In this document: piece by piece, positions 10,489 to 22,822 of the stretch
Layout of the letters: every line of letters starts with the position of its first letter
Numbering within the stretch: the first letter of the stretch is position 1
Origin: Hydrurus foetidus
Taxonomy: Eukaryota
Assembly: GCA_900617105.1 (NCBI GenBank)
Contig: UYFQ01000202.1
Location: 1 to 64,000, forward strand
Direction: 5' to 3'
DNA length: 64,000 nt
Position numbers and translations under genes: made by a program
The notes under the pieces: generated by a model
Told to the model about the DNA's origin: nothing
The model's input: only the letters and a program-made list of their open reading frames with translations
Databases searched by the model: none

Positions 10489-13400
10489 ATGCAGAGGAAA
10501 CGATCTCTGCCTGTTACAACTAATGAGGATGTAGATCATATCGTAGATTTCTTTGATCTTAACGAAGTTGAGTCAACTGAATTTTGGAGCAGATCAGACG
10601 CTGTCGATACTGCAAGAGCAGCAATTGAATTACGAACTTCTTCGCGTCATGGTATTGCTGATTACATAAAAGATTTGAAGACCATCATGCTGTATGTCAT
10701 TAAAGCTTACTCAATTGAAATGAAGTCAACAACGACAACAAATGAATCATTCATGAAGAAAGTCTTCAATGACCTCCAAAATTACAAGTCATCTAAAGTA
10801 GATGACGTCTCGATTAATCTCTATCTAGCCAGCTGTGTTTCTTGCAGTAGCAACTTCTCAGCGAATTTACGCACAGTGCTGATTCGTACTCTTGTTGCAA
10901 GACATCTATTGCCAACAACTGAGATACTTTCAGTAGCTAGAGGAGGTCAGAAGTTACTGACGGATTGGCAGCGGAAATCGTTGGAGGCTTCAGAATATAC
11001 CACAAATCATTTAAGCGCTACTCTCTACAACCTACTCAGAGAGAATACGAAAATTGGCCGTGCAATATGTGACTGCACCTTGCAAGAAGTTGTAGAACTC
11101 AGTGCAGAGTCAAAAACATACGCCCCGATGACAGTGTGGAACAATATCTGGAAACACATTGGTAAAAAACCAACTGCGAGTGGCAAGAGACTTGCATTGG
11201 CATTACTCGATTATACAGCAATTGTAAATCCTGATCTTTATTCTGTAAAGAATGTTATTTTGCATGAAAGCTGTTGTGGAATACCACTAGAGAAATCATC
11301 GAACAGTCAAGTATTCAAATCCGATCATTCGGGTTTGAAGATGAAGATGCAGAACTGTAACTGTCCTGAACTGCTTCCCCTTTTGATCATCTGCCATACG
11401 GAAAAAGACATCTCAACGATTTCCTCTGCGCTGCAAATTCTGGCGTCAAGCGCGCACAGCTCGATTATTAAATGGAGTCTTGTAACCAAGAATCAGTTGC
11501 CTTTTAGACTCTGGACATCTGTACTGGAAGCGGTCACTGTCTGTCTTAAAGCAGTCAACACTGCTGCGGGGACTCATAAATTCCCGCAGTACAAAATGTT
11601 GTGCATCCTTAATCAGATACTGTTGAGTAATCCATTTGGACGGAACTTTAGTGATAAGAGCACTGCACAACAAGCTATGGATGAAATTGTTCTTGAAAGG
11701 AATGACCTCACCTGCATGTTGGACGAGGCATCAAGTAATGCAGAGCTTACGAAATCAAAATCGGACATAACAAGAGCCATTGAGTTTCTATCGCAGGAAT
11801 TAATGTACGTGAGTGAGCTACAATCAGGATGTTATCCAGCAGTATTGAGTGTATTAGCAAGAGGATCAATAAGAGGGATAGCGTCCAGAACTCTAAGCGT
11901 TATTAAAACAATATTGAGAACAACTTGTTGTGGGGTTGATCCAATTATCATCATGGAATATTCAATTGGCCTACCTGACGAAATTAATGCTATCATTGGA
12001 AATGTATTGCAGACTCGTTGCGTGCACGAAGCAAGTTTTCTGGAGGTAGCAGCCTCTGCCATCGACAGCACACAAGGAGCTAAAAATACTGGATGTAAGC
12101 ATATCCTCAAGTCATTTGGACATCGTCAGCTCTTGCAACTTTCAAAAATATACCAACCGTCATCAGCACCTAGCGAAAGGCTTCAAGCAGACTTAGCTGT
12201 GATGGTAAGATCTCTTGTGGCAAAATTATCATCAGCTCTACAATCAAGTAACGAATGTAATACAGACAACAGGAGCGCACAAGCGATGCTCCTCTCTTTG
12301 AGCGTCATGCCTATGCACTACAATGGAACCTTTTCGGATGAAATATTCAGAAATCGGTTGACTATCATATGTGAGTACTTTATTCTATCACTTGAGGAGC
12401 TAAAATATCAAACTCTAGATGGGTCAGCTGCTGCTGCTCTGTACTGCACCATCTGGCTTCAGTTCTTAGCTCAACTTAAAAAATGCACGAACTCTGCTCG
12501 CTCTTACATGGGCAGCATATTTGAGCTTGGGTGCATATCCCAGAAATCCTTGTCGTACATGATAGCTCTCATCTATCCTGATTTGCTCAGTGATTCCTGC
12601 GTTATGCCGGCAGCAATTGCTTTTGCTATGCAACAACGAGGGCCATTGAGACTTTTATTTGAGTCCATCGGTAATCTACAGGATTCCACCTTTGACTCTG
12701 GAAAAACAGACTTGACAGCTATAATCCACTACTCCGATTTGATCGCAACGGTTGTCCACGAAAACTCCAAAGTCGTAAGAAATTTGGTTCAAGAAAGATT
12801 TTCTGCAGCATTGAATGAGTGTAACAATTCTTCTGAATCTGTGATAGAAGCAGTTGATCCAATTCAACCAGATAATTCCTCCAGGAATGGCAGTCGTGTT
12901 CAGGCAAACGGGGAAGAAATTCCCGTCAGTGACTATATGAATAGGACAAATTTGTTGGCGAATGCTGGTTTAGATGAAATTGAAGACTTAGAGACAAGCG
13001 TTGATGGTGATACCTCCTTTCTGGCATGCTTTTTGCCACTCTTTCTTAATCTTCTCGTAGATGAAGGAATTCCTGGTGTAATAAGAGTGTCAGCTTTACG
13101 GACCCTCTCAGCGTACATGAGGTGCTCAAAGAGGATTCTATTGGATCACGTCCAGATATTGGAGACGTACATCACAACCAGCAATTTAGGTCATCCTCAA
13201 GAGCTGCGACTTGAGGCTTTGCTCATTTGGGTTGAGAATTTCAATGCGACTCCTGTCAATGTACTAGCACCTGTTAGAGGTCTGATATACTCCCTAAAAC
13301 GAGCAAATTCGCACAACGGCATAAAAATAGGACGACATGGGTGTAAATCAGAATCCATGCTGACTACTGAAATCTCAAATGTCGAGCAATCGTTTCTTTT

Positions 13401-14061
13401 GACAACTATACAGAGTATGTACTGTTTGGTAAAAGAGAATAAGTTGCGAGATCCCGCAGAGTACACCTTGGCGATAGGAATACCTTACGCAATCGAGAAC
13501 AGCACCCGTCAGAATAGCGTAATTAGTGCTTTGCAAGAAGAGTGCTCAATTAAATTGCTTGACATATTCGTAGGGATGCCGAGTCTGCTCCCGCGCACAC
13601 TCTACCAGCTGTGCTTACCAATGCAGCCGTTAGTGATAGATGAAACTTCACAGGAGTTAGAAGCCGCTCATTCTGTTGGAAGTCTTATTATTAGCGTATT
13701 CGACGAATCACATCGCCTTCGGATAGTTGGTGCTATTGCTCAGCTTGCAAGAAGTGATGACCTCCTTGCTAAAAAATTGGAAGAAGTTGATGTAGCTTTA
13801 ACCGATCAAGTTCTTCGGGGTCATCATTCGTTTGCTCTCGCAGCATTGAGCAATTTTGATGTCACAACCACATCAGTAAAAGCAATCAAGAAAGCTGTTG
13901 ATCTTGGTAGTATCAATCATCTCGACCCTAATATTCTTTGTCAGCTCAAAGAACGCATGGCAAATCTCAGTTCTCAGGAATCACGCAAAATTAAGATCGG
14001 TTGCAATGATGATGATATCGACAGCGATTCCTTTATTGAAGGCGATCAACAACATGAATAA
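10489..14061 (+). CDS. 1190-aa intronless alpha-helical (HEAT/ARM-like) protein; C-terminal part resembles the Cnd1 domain of condensin non-SMC subunits (CAP-D2/D3)
   Basis: Long uninterrupted ATG-started ORF with amphipathic helices. FLPLFLNLL..IRVSALRTLSAYMRCS..LRLEALLIWVENFNATP..TTIQSMYCLVKENKLR recalls Cnd1 repeats. The ORF is secure; the product assignment is tentative. Confidence 0.7.
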   Translation: MQRKRSLPVTTNEDVDHIVDFFDLNEVESTEFWSRSDAVDTARAAIELRTSSRHGIADYIKDLKTIMLYVIKAYSIEMKSTTTTNESFMKKVFNDLQNYKSSKVDDVSINLYLASCVSCSSNFSANLRTVLIRTLVARHLLPTTEILSVARGGQKLLTDWQRKSLEASEYTTNHLSATLYNLLRENTKIGRAICDCTLQEVVELSAESKTYAPMTVWNNIWKHIGKKPTASGKRLALALLDYTAIVNPDLYSVKNVILHESCCGIPLEKSSNSQVFKSDHSGLKMKMQNCNCPELLPLLIICHTEKDISTISSALQILASSAHSSIIKWSLVTKNQLPFRLWTSVLEAVTVCLKAVNTAAGTHKFPQYKMLCILNQILLSNPFGRNFSDKSTAQQAMDEIVLERNDLTCMLDEASSNAELTKSKSDITRAIEFLSQELMYVSELQSGCYPAVLSVLARGSIRGIASRTLSVIKTILRTTCCGVDPIIIMEYSIGLPDEINAIIGNVLQTRCVHEASFLEVAASAIDSTQGAKNTGCKHILKSFGHRQLLQLSKIYQPSSAPSERLQADLAVMVRSLVAKLSSALQSSNECNTDNRSAQAMLLSLSVMPMHYNGTFSDEIFRNRLTIICEYFILSLEELKYQTLDGSAAAALYCTIWLQFLAQLKKCTNSARSYMGSIFELGCISQKSLSYMIALIYPDLLSDSCVMPAAIAFAMQQRGPLRLLFESIGNLQDSTFDSGKTDLTAIIHYSDLIATVVHENSKVVRNLVQERFSAALNECNNSSESVIEAVDPIQPDNSSRNGSRVQANGEEIPVSDYMNRTNLLANAGLDEIEDLETSVDGDTSFLACFLPLFLNLLVDEGIPGVIRVSALRTLSAYMRCSKRILLDHVQILETYITTSNLGHPQELRLEALLIWVENFNATPVNVLAPVRGLIYSLKRANSHNGIKIGRHGCKSESMLTTEISNVEQSFLLTTIQSMYCLVKENKLRDPAEYTLAIGIPYAIENSTRQNSVISALQEECSIKLLDIFVGMPSLLPRTLYQLCLPMQPLVIDETSQELEAAHSVGSLIISVFDESHRLRIVGAIAQLARSDDLLAKKLEEVDVALTDQVLRGHHSFALAALSNFDVTTTSVKAIKKAVDLGSINHLDPNILCQLKERMANLSSQESRKIKIGCNDDDIDSDSFIEGDQQHE

Positions 14062-15554
14062 AATTATTTCTTTCCGAGTCTTTGAGCCTAAGAAGAGTAC
14101 TCGAAAGAAAGTAGCTAAATAGTGACTTCCACTGGTAGCGAACATATTCTATCTGCGAACTCGGCGCTTAATGATACTAAAAATATCTCTCGATACTTCA
14201 TCAGGTACTAGAAATAAAAGCAATGCCTGCACCTTCGATCCGTTTTGCGTTCTCGCTCGTTATATCTCATACCATGTGGTTCAATCATACCAAATAGTGT
14301 ATGAGGACATTTTGAGCCCTATTGCCAGCTTACAGATTAAGGTCTTCTACAGTTTGTACAAATCAACACAGTAGAATGATAGTACGGTAGACTACCGCAG
14401 GTCTCAATCTCGCTGCGGTAGGACTGGCACATTTGGTAACGCTGCAATATCTCATAGTTTGTCTCGAAAGCGAAGAGACCTTGCCACTTGATTTAAATCT
14501 GTCATCAGATTATTCCCAGCCAGTATTCTAGCTTTGTAGATGTCTTCACCTCTTCTATGATTAGTAAATGCAACGAAATAAATAAAATTGACTGGCAGAG
14601 CTCCGAAACGACATGGAGTATGTTAGTCACTGTCAGATGGTTCAACCAGCGTCAGCAACGCAAGAAATTGATGCTCATCAAAAGACATCAATTTTGATTG
14701 GAACATTAATTGCGTCAAAATTTAAGGAGTATCCTGAGCCACAAACAAGCAACCTAGATTTACAATTCCGATTTCTACATTTATCGTTCCAAATCACAAT
14801 TCAAAAGTTGACGCTGATGTAGCATAATGGGCTGTACTACTTCGATGCTATAGGGAAAATTTACAACACTGAGTTATGCATATGGTGCATAACACTGAGA
14901 ATGGTGCAACCACGTAAACGATCTCTTGTTGGCTCCTTCGGTGGATTCTTGCTAATCACAATATTTTTTATCTTAAAACAAATGACTAGGTGCGAAGCTG
15001 ATTCGGAAAAAGTTGGCAACGACAAATACATTTAATTTTGCTATTTAAACTCTGACGTTAAGATGGGGATGCGCGATAACTCATGCTCATTCCACAGATT
15101 TGTCTGTGGAATGCAGTCGATAATCTGCAATCGATGTGAGGTTTGATGTTTCTAGTCAATGTTTCAGATATTCACCAGGTTTACGTTGCTAACCCTGATT
15201 CGCAGAAGTCATAAATCCGTAGCTGGGTCACTTCAGGCCAATACTCTAAATGACATTTACTAACCTCCTCATGAAGCAGAAGAGATAGTTTTCATTCCGC
15301 GGAGTTGGACTAACCGTAAACTAAAAGTAAAATATTTTAGTTACTTCATGTGGTTTTTAGGTCTGAGAAATCGGATATATCTCGGAATACGTCACTATAC
15401 TTTGTAAAATTGCCACAACTAACTCGATGTTATTGCATCCATCGCAAACGTCGAAATTTCGTGAGATCGATGATATTTTCACAAAATTCAATCCGCAAAT
15501 ATTGCATGAAAACAAGACAAAAGTATGAATAGACATCGTATCGTGTAGGCAAGC

Positions 15555-16396
15555 TGTCAGACTATCTGATTCTATCAAGATATGTCTGTAGTAATACAGT
15601 TGCAAATATAGTTACGAATATATACGTGTACGTTATGCGGCAAGTACGTACGTAAGTAAGTACATGGGTAGGTTTGCTAACATGCACGCGTACACACGTA
15701 TTTACACATGTTAGTGCACACGATTATATGCATACGTACACACGTACTTACACATGTGCGTACATAGTCAATACCTACGTATATACGCACGCATGTAGCG
15801 TAGTACATAGATGTATGGTCACGCACACACGTACACACGTACGTGCACATGTTAGTGCACACGATTATATGCATACGTACACACACGTACTTACACATGT
15901 GCGTACATGGTCAATATCTACGTACATATGTACGCCTGTAGCGTAGTACATAGATGTATGGTCACGCACACACGTACGCACCCCTGTAATTACGTATGTA
16001 CGTTCTTATATACACATACATGCATACGTACCCCTGTACTATCGCCATGTAGCAGTTAGTACGAATCCTCTGACCACACGCAAATGAACGTTCGCTTTTC
16101 ATGATGATTCAGTATCGCCAAAACACTTAGTTACTATAAGCTTCATGCAACGTTCCTCAAGCACATGCTATGCACAACACATCTCGCTGTGAACTTTGTC
16201 CCAAGGTACTTTCATTGTCATGAACTGTTCCGTTAGCTCTTTTGCGAGGCTATCTGTAAGCTCTAATCAGAATTTAATACGTTGTACTTCACAGCTTCGC
16301 TACTCGATAGCTCACTGAAGTGAGACAGTAGCCTGCAGCTTCTTCTCCACCTTCGCTGCGAACGCTAGAAGGTGACATTTTGTATTTAGTCTTGCA
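15555..16396 (+). repeat. 5' LTR (842 bp, TG...CA) with an internal ~140-bp tandem duplication
   Basis: Direct repeat of 22823-23492; the block at ~15691-15832 is repeated at ~15833-15976. Confidence 0.95.
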
Positions 16397-16483
16397 TGGT
16401 AGTGATTGTTTATAGTGATTAAACGATTGCTGTGGTTTCGAGGATTCTGAATTTCCTTCCTTCATCTTCAGGACCCTGCAATC

Positions 16484-19400
16484 ATGAGTGATAATGGATC
16501 TGAAGACGAGTTCGAGTTTTCAAACGCAGACTCTCCATCGACTCTTGCTTTTAACATCCGTTCAGAGCTACCTCCATCCATCTTCACTGGTCGAGTTACT
16601 AGATCCAGGACGGGAGCAATTTCTCCTTTGAAAATCCAAATAGTGATTTTCCAGACGGAGTGGAATTAGCCCTTCAGAATCAGGAGGTTGATTCTACACC
16701 ATCTCTAGCACCTCGGGCACGGAATCTCGGAACCACAGCGCCAACTTTATTTTCGGACATTATGAATGCTCAGGACACAGAGACAAGATTTTCCTTCGCC
16801 GATATGGCAAGGCTCATCGACATCTTATCTGCCAAAACCCAAGAGCCTCCACCGGTGGTCTCCCAACCGCAACATACAGTTGGAAGTGCTCCTCTTCCAA
16901 AGGTTACAACGCCCAAAACATCTTCTATTCTACTGGTGCCTATATCAGAATATCTGGATACCACCTCATCGCAGTCAGAATTCTTTTTTTCAATACCCAA
17001 GTTTTTCAACTTTGGGAAGGACAATCGTGACAACATGGAAACGTTTTTGGTCGCTCTAGGAGAATGTAAACTTCTTACGTTAGCCAAAGGCGATCGTACG
17101 TTGCCAGTCATTACTGCTAAGAACCCTGGAAAATGTTCGTCTCGGACACTGGTATTAGCAGAAGAAGGATTGTATGATGTCATCCCAGCCGATTACATCT
17201 ACAATAGACTACACGATTCAGATTGACTATTGGCTATTCTTAACATGGTTACTGGAAAAGATTTACAATATTTGATCGAACGTGTGATTGCAAATGATGC
17301 GATCCTATGGTTCAAGACCATCTGCAATCACATCAACGGCACAAAGAACGGCGATATCAGGAAGGCAACTGATCAGCTCCACTTCCTGAAGCTCAAGTCC
17401 ACTCAAACCATTCAGGGGAATGTGGCAATCATCGAAGAGGCCTTCAGAGTTCTTAAGGTAGCAAGTGGAGTGGACGTCACCGATGACCACCTACAAGAAA
17501 AGCTGGAGTATGATGCGAGGATTAGTGTCCTATCAACCACGGCGTCATCAAAGACAACTATGGCATCATACGACGACACCGTAAGCAGCCTTATCCTCCT
17601 TGATCCTGCTCACAGGATCAAGGAGGATAAGGCTTCAAGGTAGCTCACTAGATGGCTTCCTTGACTCCTGGCGCTGAGCTATTTAGACGCCACATCGCTG
17701 GCCTATGCACGAATGGCTCCTCATGCAAATATTCACATGCATCAGCACCGCCATCCAAAGGAGTGTCATCTGACAAAAAACAAGACTGCTCCTCCTCCTA
17801 CCAAGAAAGATAAGAAGACTCCACCGAAGTTTCCCTTCAATAAACCCTTCATCGTGTCGGATTCCCATCGATCTCTTGTCGGGTATACCAAAGGAGTTAC
17901 ATCGACAAAGAATACAGCAGAATATTCTCTCAACCAACTCACGACCATCAGAACCTTGCAATCTGCAGATGTTGACGTTTAGGCAACTGGAGATACCCAA
18001 TACTTCTACGGCGATGGATCAAGCAATCACATTCACTGCTTCGACGTTATCCTCTTCAAGGAGCCGTCGACAGAGATCATTCCAGAGTTCCCTAACTACT
18101 ACCATATCGAGCCGTTACCAAGACTTCGTGAAATCAGACGTCATCTATTCACAATGCTCAACTCTGTCGAAAAGTATGACAAATTTGCTGGATCATCTCC
18201 CAACGATTTCGACGGAACCGCAGCAGATTCTCTCGCCGGAATCGTTGTCACTTTGAAAGACTTGACATCGACATCAACCGAACCAAGGATGGTTCACCTC
18301 CTTACGGCTTTCAGAGAGTCCTTCCATCTCTAGATCCGTGAAAACCTGTGAGGATGTTCTTACAGCCAACAAACGGCTTATCAGGATATTATACAAAATC
18401 AGAAACAGGTTCTTAAACGGCGACGTGTTGATTATGGTTTCTACCAATCAAACATGAGAAATGTTGAGAGATACTTCATAGCAATTCGATACATCATGGA
18501 GCATCCTGATATTCCATGGCGACTTTTGCGAATTCTATCTCTGGCTATTATTTATGACTTCATGTCATTCTGCGCTCAGCTCCTTCGAGATGCAGTACAA
18601 ATGCAAGCTGATTTGACACAGACCAGAGCGAATGTGGAATTCTCATTGAAGACATATCGATCCAACATCCAATTTGTCGATCAAGTGATCTTCCACATGT
18701 ATTTTCTGCAATCATCAACGCCATCAAACCAATTCCTCCAGTCCCACAGTCATATGCTATGAAAACAAGTCCCATCACGACATTATACTCACACATAAGT
18801 GCCATCAACAGAGAAGATTTGTTAAGCGAAACAACTGATCATACTGAAGAGAATGATGATGCAGACGAAGATGACGACGATGAGTATAGCAATGATGAAT
18901 TGGCAAGCGATGAAGACATGACACCACCAACAGTATCATCTGATCATCACAGGAGATGCAAAGAGGATCTTTTACGCTACAACCACCTATACGTTACGTG
19001 TCATAAGCGCAGTCTTTGGGCATCAGTCCAGACTGACACCAAGCGTCCAGCTCGTGGGAAAATTACCAAGAGAGATGATTACGATGAGTATTAGGAGACT
19101 CCTGGAACATCGAGCTCCAAGAATGTACCACCATCGACACCACAGTCTCCCTTCTATGTTGAAGTGCCCATGCCGTCATTAAAAGCTGCTGGCGTACCAC
19201 GTGTGACTGAACCAGTCCAACAGCCAATCAAGGAAGATGTGCAACAACCACTGCAACTAGAGCAACCTCCTATGACAGTCGAGATCCAGCCCTACATGCA
19301 ATATGTGATTCATCCCCCAACGTCAGACGTAGCAACCCCTGAACTATATCGGGGCATGCGCACACCACCAACCAAAGAGACTCAGTGTCTGCCATCTTTC

Positions 19401-22400
19401 GTGCAAATGCAAGAGCAATGGCTGAGAAGAAAATCTCAATTAACTTACTTTCACAGAAAAAGACAGCAAATTCATGTCAACCAAGACAACCAGTCACAAG
19501 ACAGTCATCGACAGTGGTGCATCGACATCTGAAACTGGGCTACGTAGTAGTCTTCGCGACCTTAGACCTACATCATGCAGTGTCTCATCGGCTTGCGGGG
19601 AGACTGCCCAGCCTACTGAGATGGGACTCCTCCCACCATTTATGCTCAAGACTATTGTCATCGACCAGATGAACGACACCACACTGCTATCAGTGTCTCA
19701 AGCATGTGCAAAAGGATTTGTGGGCATCTTCACCTCTAAGGACTGCAAGTTCTTCGATGCAAAGGATGTCATCCCAAACCTGCAGGATATATCAAGAACA
19801 GCTCACCCAGTCATGAGTGGCAAGGTAGAGGAAGGCCTCTACTTGCTCGACTCCAACTGAGTACAACCGGCTCAACTCTTGGTCACGAGTGTAAAGGAGC
19901 TTTCGATTTACGACCACGTGCATCGCGTACTAGGACACCCAGGCGAAGAGGGTATGGCCTGGCATCGACAGCACACCATAGGAGCACACTACTCCAACTT
20001 GGATGCATCTGCACCAAGACCAATATGCGCAGCATGCGTACAGGGCACGATACGACAGACCTCTACGGACCAGCTTCATATACACCGTTTGCCATCTCCT
20101 TGTTACGGCAGTCAATTCTCACTTGACGCGTATACACATACACACCGGTCACAGGCCGGTTATAAGTACTGCGATATAATCACGGACTTATCTACAAGAC
20201 GAATTTATCCATGCTTCACGAAAGACCGGGGGGGCTGCAGAAGTTGTCAAAAGCTTCTCCACTATCTTCCAATCACATCCTGAGTGGAAGCCCTCGCATC
20301 CAGGCGTAGACAGATTCATCAGAGCCAATGAATTCTTACAATATCTTCACAACTTCGGATATCGACTTGAGCCAACACCACCTCGCGACAAACATGCAAA
20401 TGGAATTGCAGAGCGTGCAGTAGGCGTCTTATAGGTGAAGTGCAACATCACCATCCAACCTTTAGGGTTGCATAGTGATGCATCACAGAAGTTTTGGGAC
20501 ATCACTCATGCATTCAACTACCAATTAGTAATCAAGAATTCGCCATATCATCTCATCACTGGAAAGCATGTAATCCTCAAGAACCTCAAGGCCTTTTGGA
20601 GCTTATGTTGGGTTCACATCGCGCTTGAAGATAGGAAAGGAAAAATCGGATTTCCTCGTGCGTACAAAGCCAGATTCGTTGGTTACAATTTGTGGAGAAC
20701 GCTCGAGCCTTGTTTTAAGGTCATCGAAATACTTCCAACAGGAATCTACGGCAAAATTAGGACACGTAGGGACGTCATTTTCGAAAAAGATAGTAATTAT
20801 AAGAACACGGACGAGTATCCATCCGATCTTGCAGTCCTACCGGCCAACACTGTAGTTGAAAAAGATTCTGAACAACAACTAGCAACTCCAGCTATTCCAA
20901 TACACCCTGTTCCTGTAAAAGCTTGCATTATTCAGAATCGAACTCCTGAAATTCCTCTTCTAGCAAAAATACTTCCGAATGATATTATCATTAATAAAAA
21001 TTTGAGTAAATCTGGATCGACTAATATCAAATCAACATTACAGAACATACCGTTTTATTCAACACCAATAAGAGATACTAATAACAAATCCGACATCGAT
21101 GATAATGACATTGGTATTAATACACCAATTCAAAACATTGAAAATGACGATGCTGTCTACTGGTACTCTGCTCATGTTAGAAATCACGAACATTTTCTCT
21201 CATTGATTGAAGCAAAGTCATCACGAAAAACTATTCATCAATTTCGATCAACTCAATATACCAAAAATATTCCGGAAAGCTATGGCCATCCCTGAATGGA
21301 AAAATGCAATATATACTGAATTAAAGAAATTCGTAAAGAGCTCATGTTTACATACAGTACCATACATTGATCATCACCTGGTACCCATAATGTGGCTTTT
21401 TAGTATAAAAACCGACGGTACGAAAGAGGCCCGTTAGTCGGACGGTGAAATATGATGATACCACTCGTGGACTTCGACGCCGATGCCACATACTGGGGAA
21501 ATATATCATCGTGTTCCATTAAGATGGCACCAAGCATTGCAGCAGCATATGGACTAGTAATGAAAGGAGGTGACCTCATTGGTGCTTACCTCATTACAAG
21601 AGCAAATGTTAACTTCCGGTGCACATAAAGACACCGCAGGGATACACTTGCCCACCCGGTTTCTGCTTTCAGGCTGTCGGCAATCTTTATGGATTCCCAC
21701 CTGCAGGGCAAAACTTTCCATCGATATTTGTATCTTCGAGTGTGGTTACAAGAACACACCCTGGGACCTCAAGTTCTTCTTTAAATGGACATCAGATGGT
21801 AGACCCATGCTTATCATCGCTCACAGCGATGACTTCAGACGATTTGGACCTTCGAACAAATTTCTATATATATCGAACAAAAGAGGCTAGTATATCTGGT
21901 GCAAAGGACAGGCACTTACCATACCCGACTGGGGACCAAAAACCTGCATTGTCGAAACTAGACAACGCTTCTACCCCTGAGGAACGTATGCAGTGTATGA
22001 AGTACCCGTACAGGAGGGTCGTGGGTCAACTAATGTACGGTATGGTACATACCATGGTCGGCATTCTGTATGCACTCAATGTACTATCCCGCTATGGTAA
22101 CAACCCAGGTCCTAGACATATTAAATTCCTCAAACACTTATTGCAGTACTGCAAGTACACATGAAGTGATTAACTAGTGTTCCGTGGACACAATGGACCA
22201 AGAGACATCGACATTATGACAACACTACTCCAATTCCGTTTCCAATGCGATGCAGATTTGGGTGGTAATCCCGACAATAGTCACTCCCAGACTGCATACC
22301 TTGGATACCTCGGCCGTAACCTTATCTGCTGGTGTTCCACCGACCAAGGCAGCATATCAACATCAACGGCAGAGTCAGATATTAAGGCTGTCAACCACGC

Positions 22401-22704
22401 ACTCAAAGCAGAGGTCATAGCCAACAGAGGCATCCTAAACATGGTGGGATGGATCCAAGGTCTGACCTCTATTGAAGAAGACAACCAAGCCTGTATATAC
22501 CATTCCAAGGCAGCACACATGACACGCATCCTGCGGCACCTCGATCTCACTGAAAACTGGGTCAAAGAGAAGGTTGACGATGGTACTTGCGAATTTATTA
22601 AACTTAAATCGTGCGATAATAATTCAGACATTAGCACAAAAAGAGTTTCTTTATCAATATTTACTAAACCTTTTAATCTAATTACAGAAATAGTTCTATA
22701 CTAA
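16484..22704 (+). pseudogene. Copia gag-pol, fragmented
   Basis: Series of frameshifted ORFs 16484-17643 (gag), 19474-19860 (PR), 19879-21295 (INT), 21207-22164 (RT), 22177-22704 (RNase H). Confidence 0.9.
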
Positions 22705-22822
22705 TTATGTTTTAATATTGTATTTGCCTTGGATCACGCATATATCATATTATTTCTAATACTATAAAAGTAGCTCATAAGTAAACATGCATTATTTTAC
22801 ACTACATCTTCACTACGGGGAG

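Noticed and set aside
11020..11050. YNLLREN resembling the THOC2 FNLLREE motif
   Set aside because: The following EGY motif and other THOC2 features are absent.
16484..22704. Stop-codon readthrough or alternative genetic code in gag-pol
   Set aside because: Stops of several types co-occur with frameshifts, consistent with neutral decay; host genes translate normally in the standard code.
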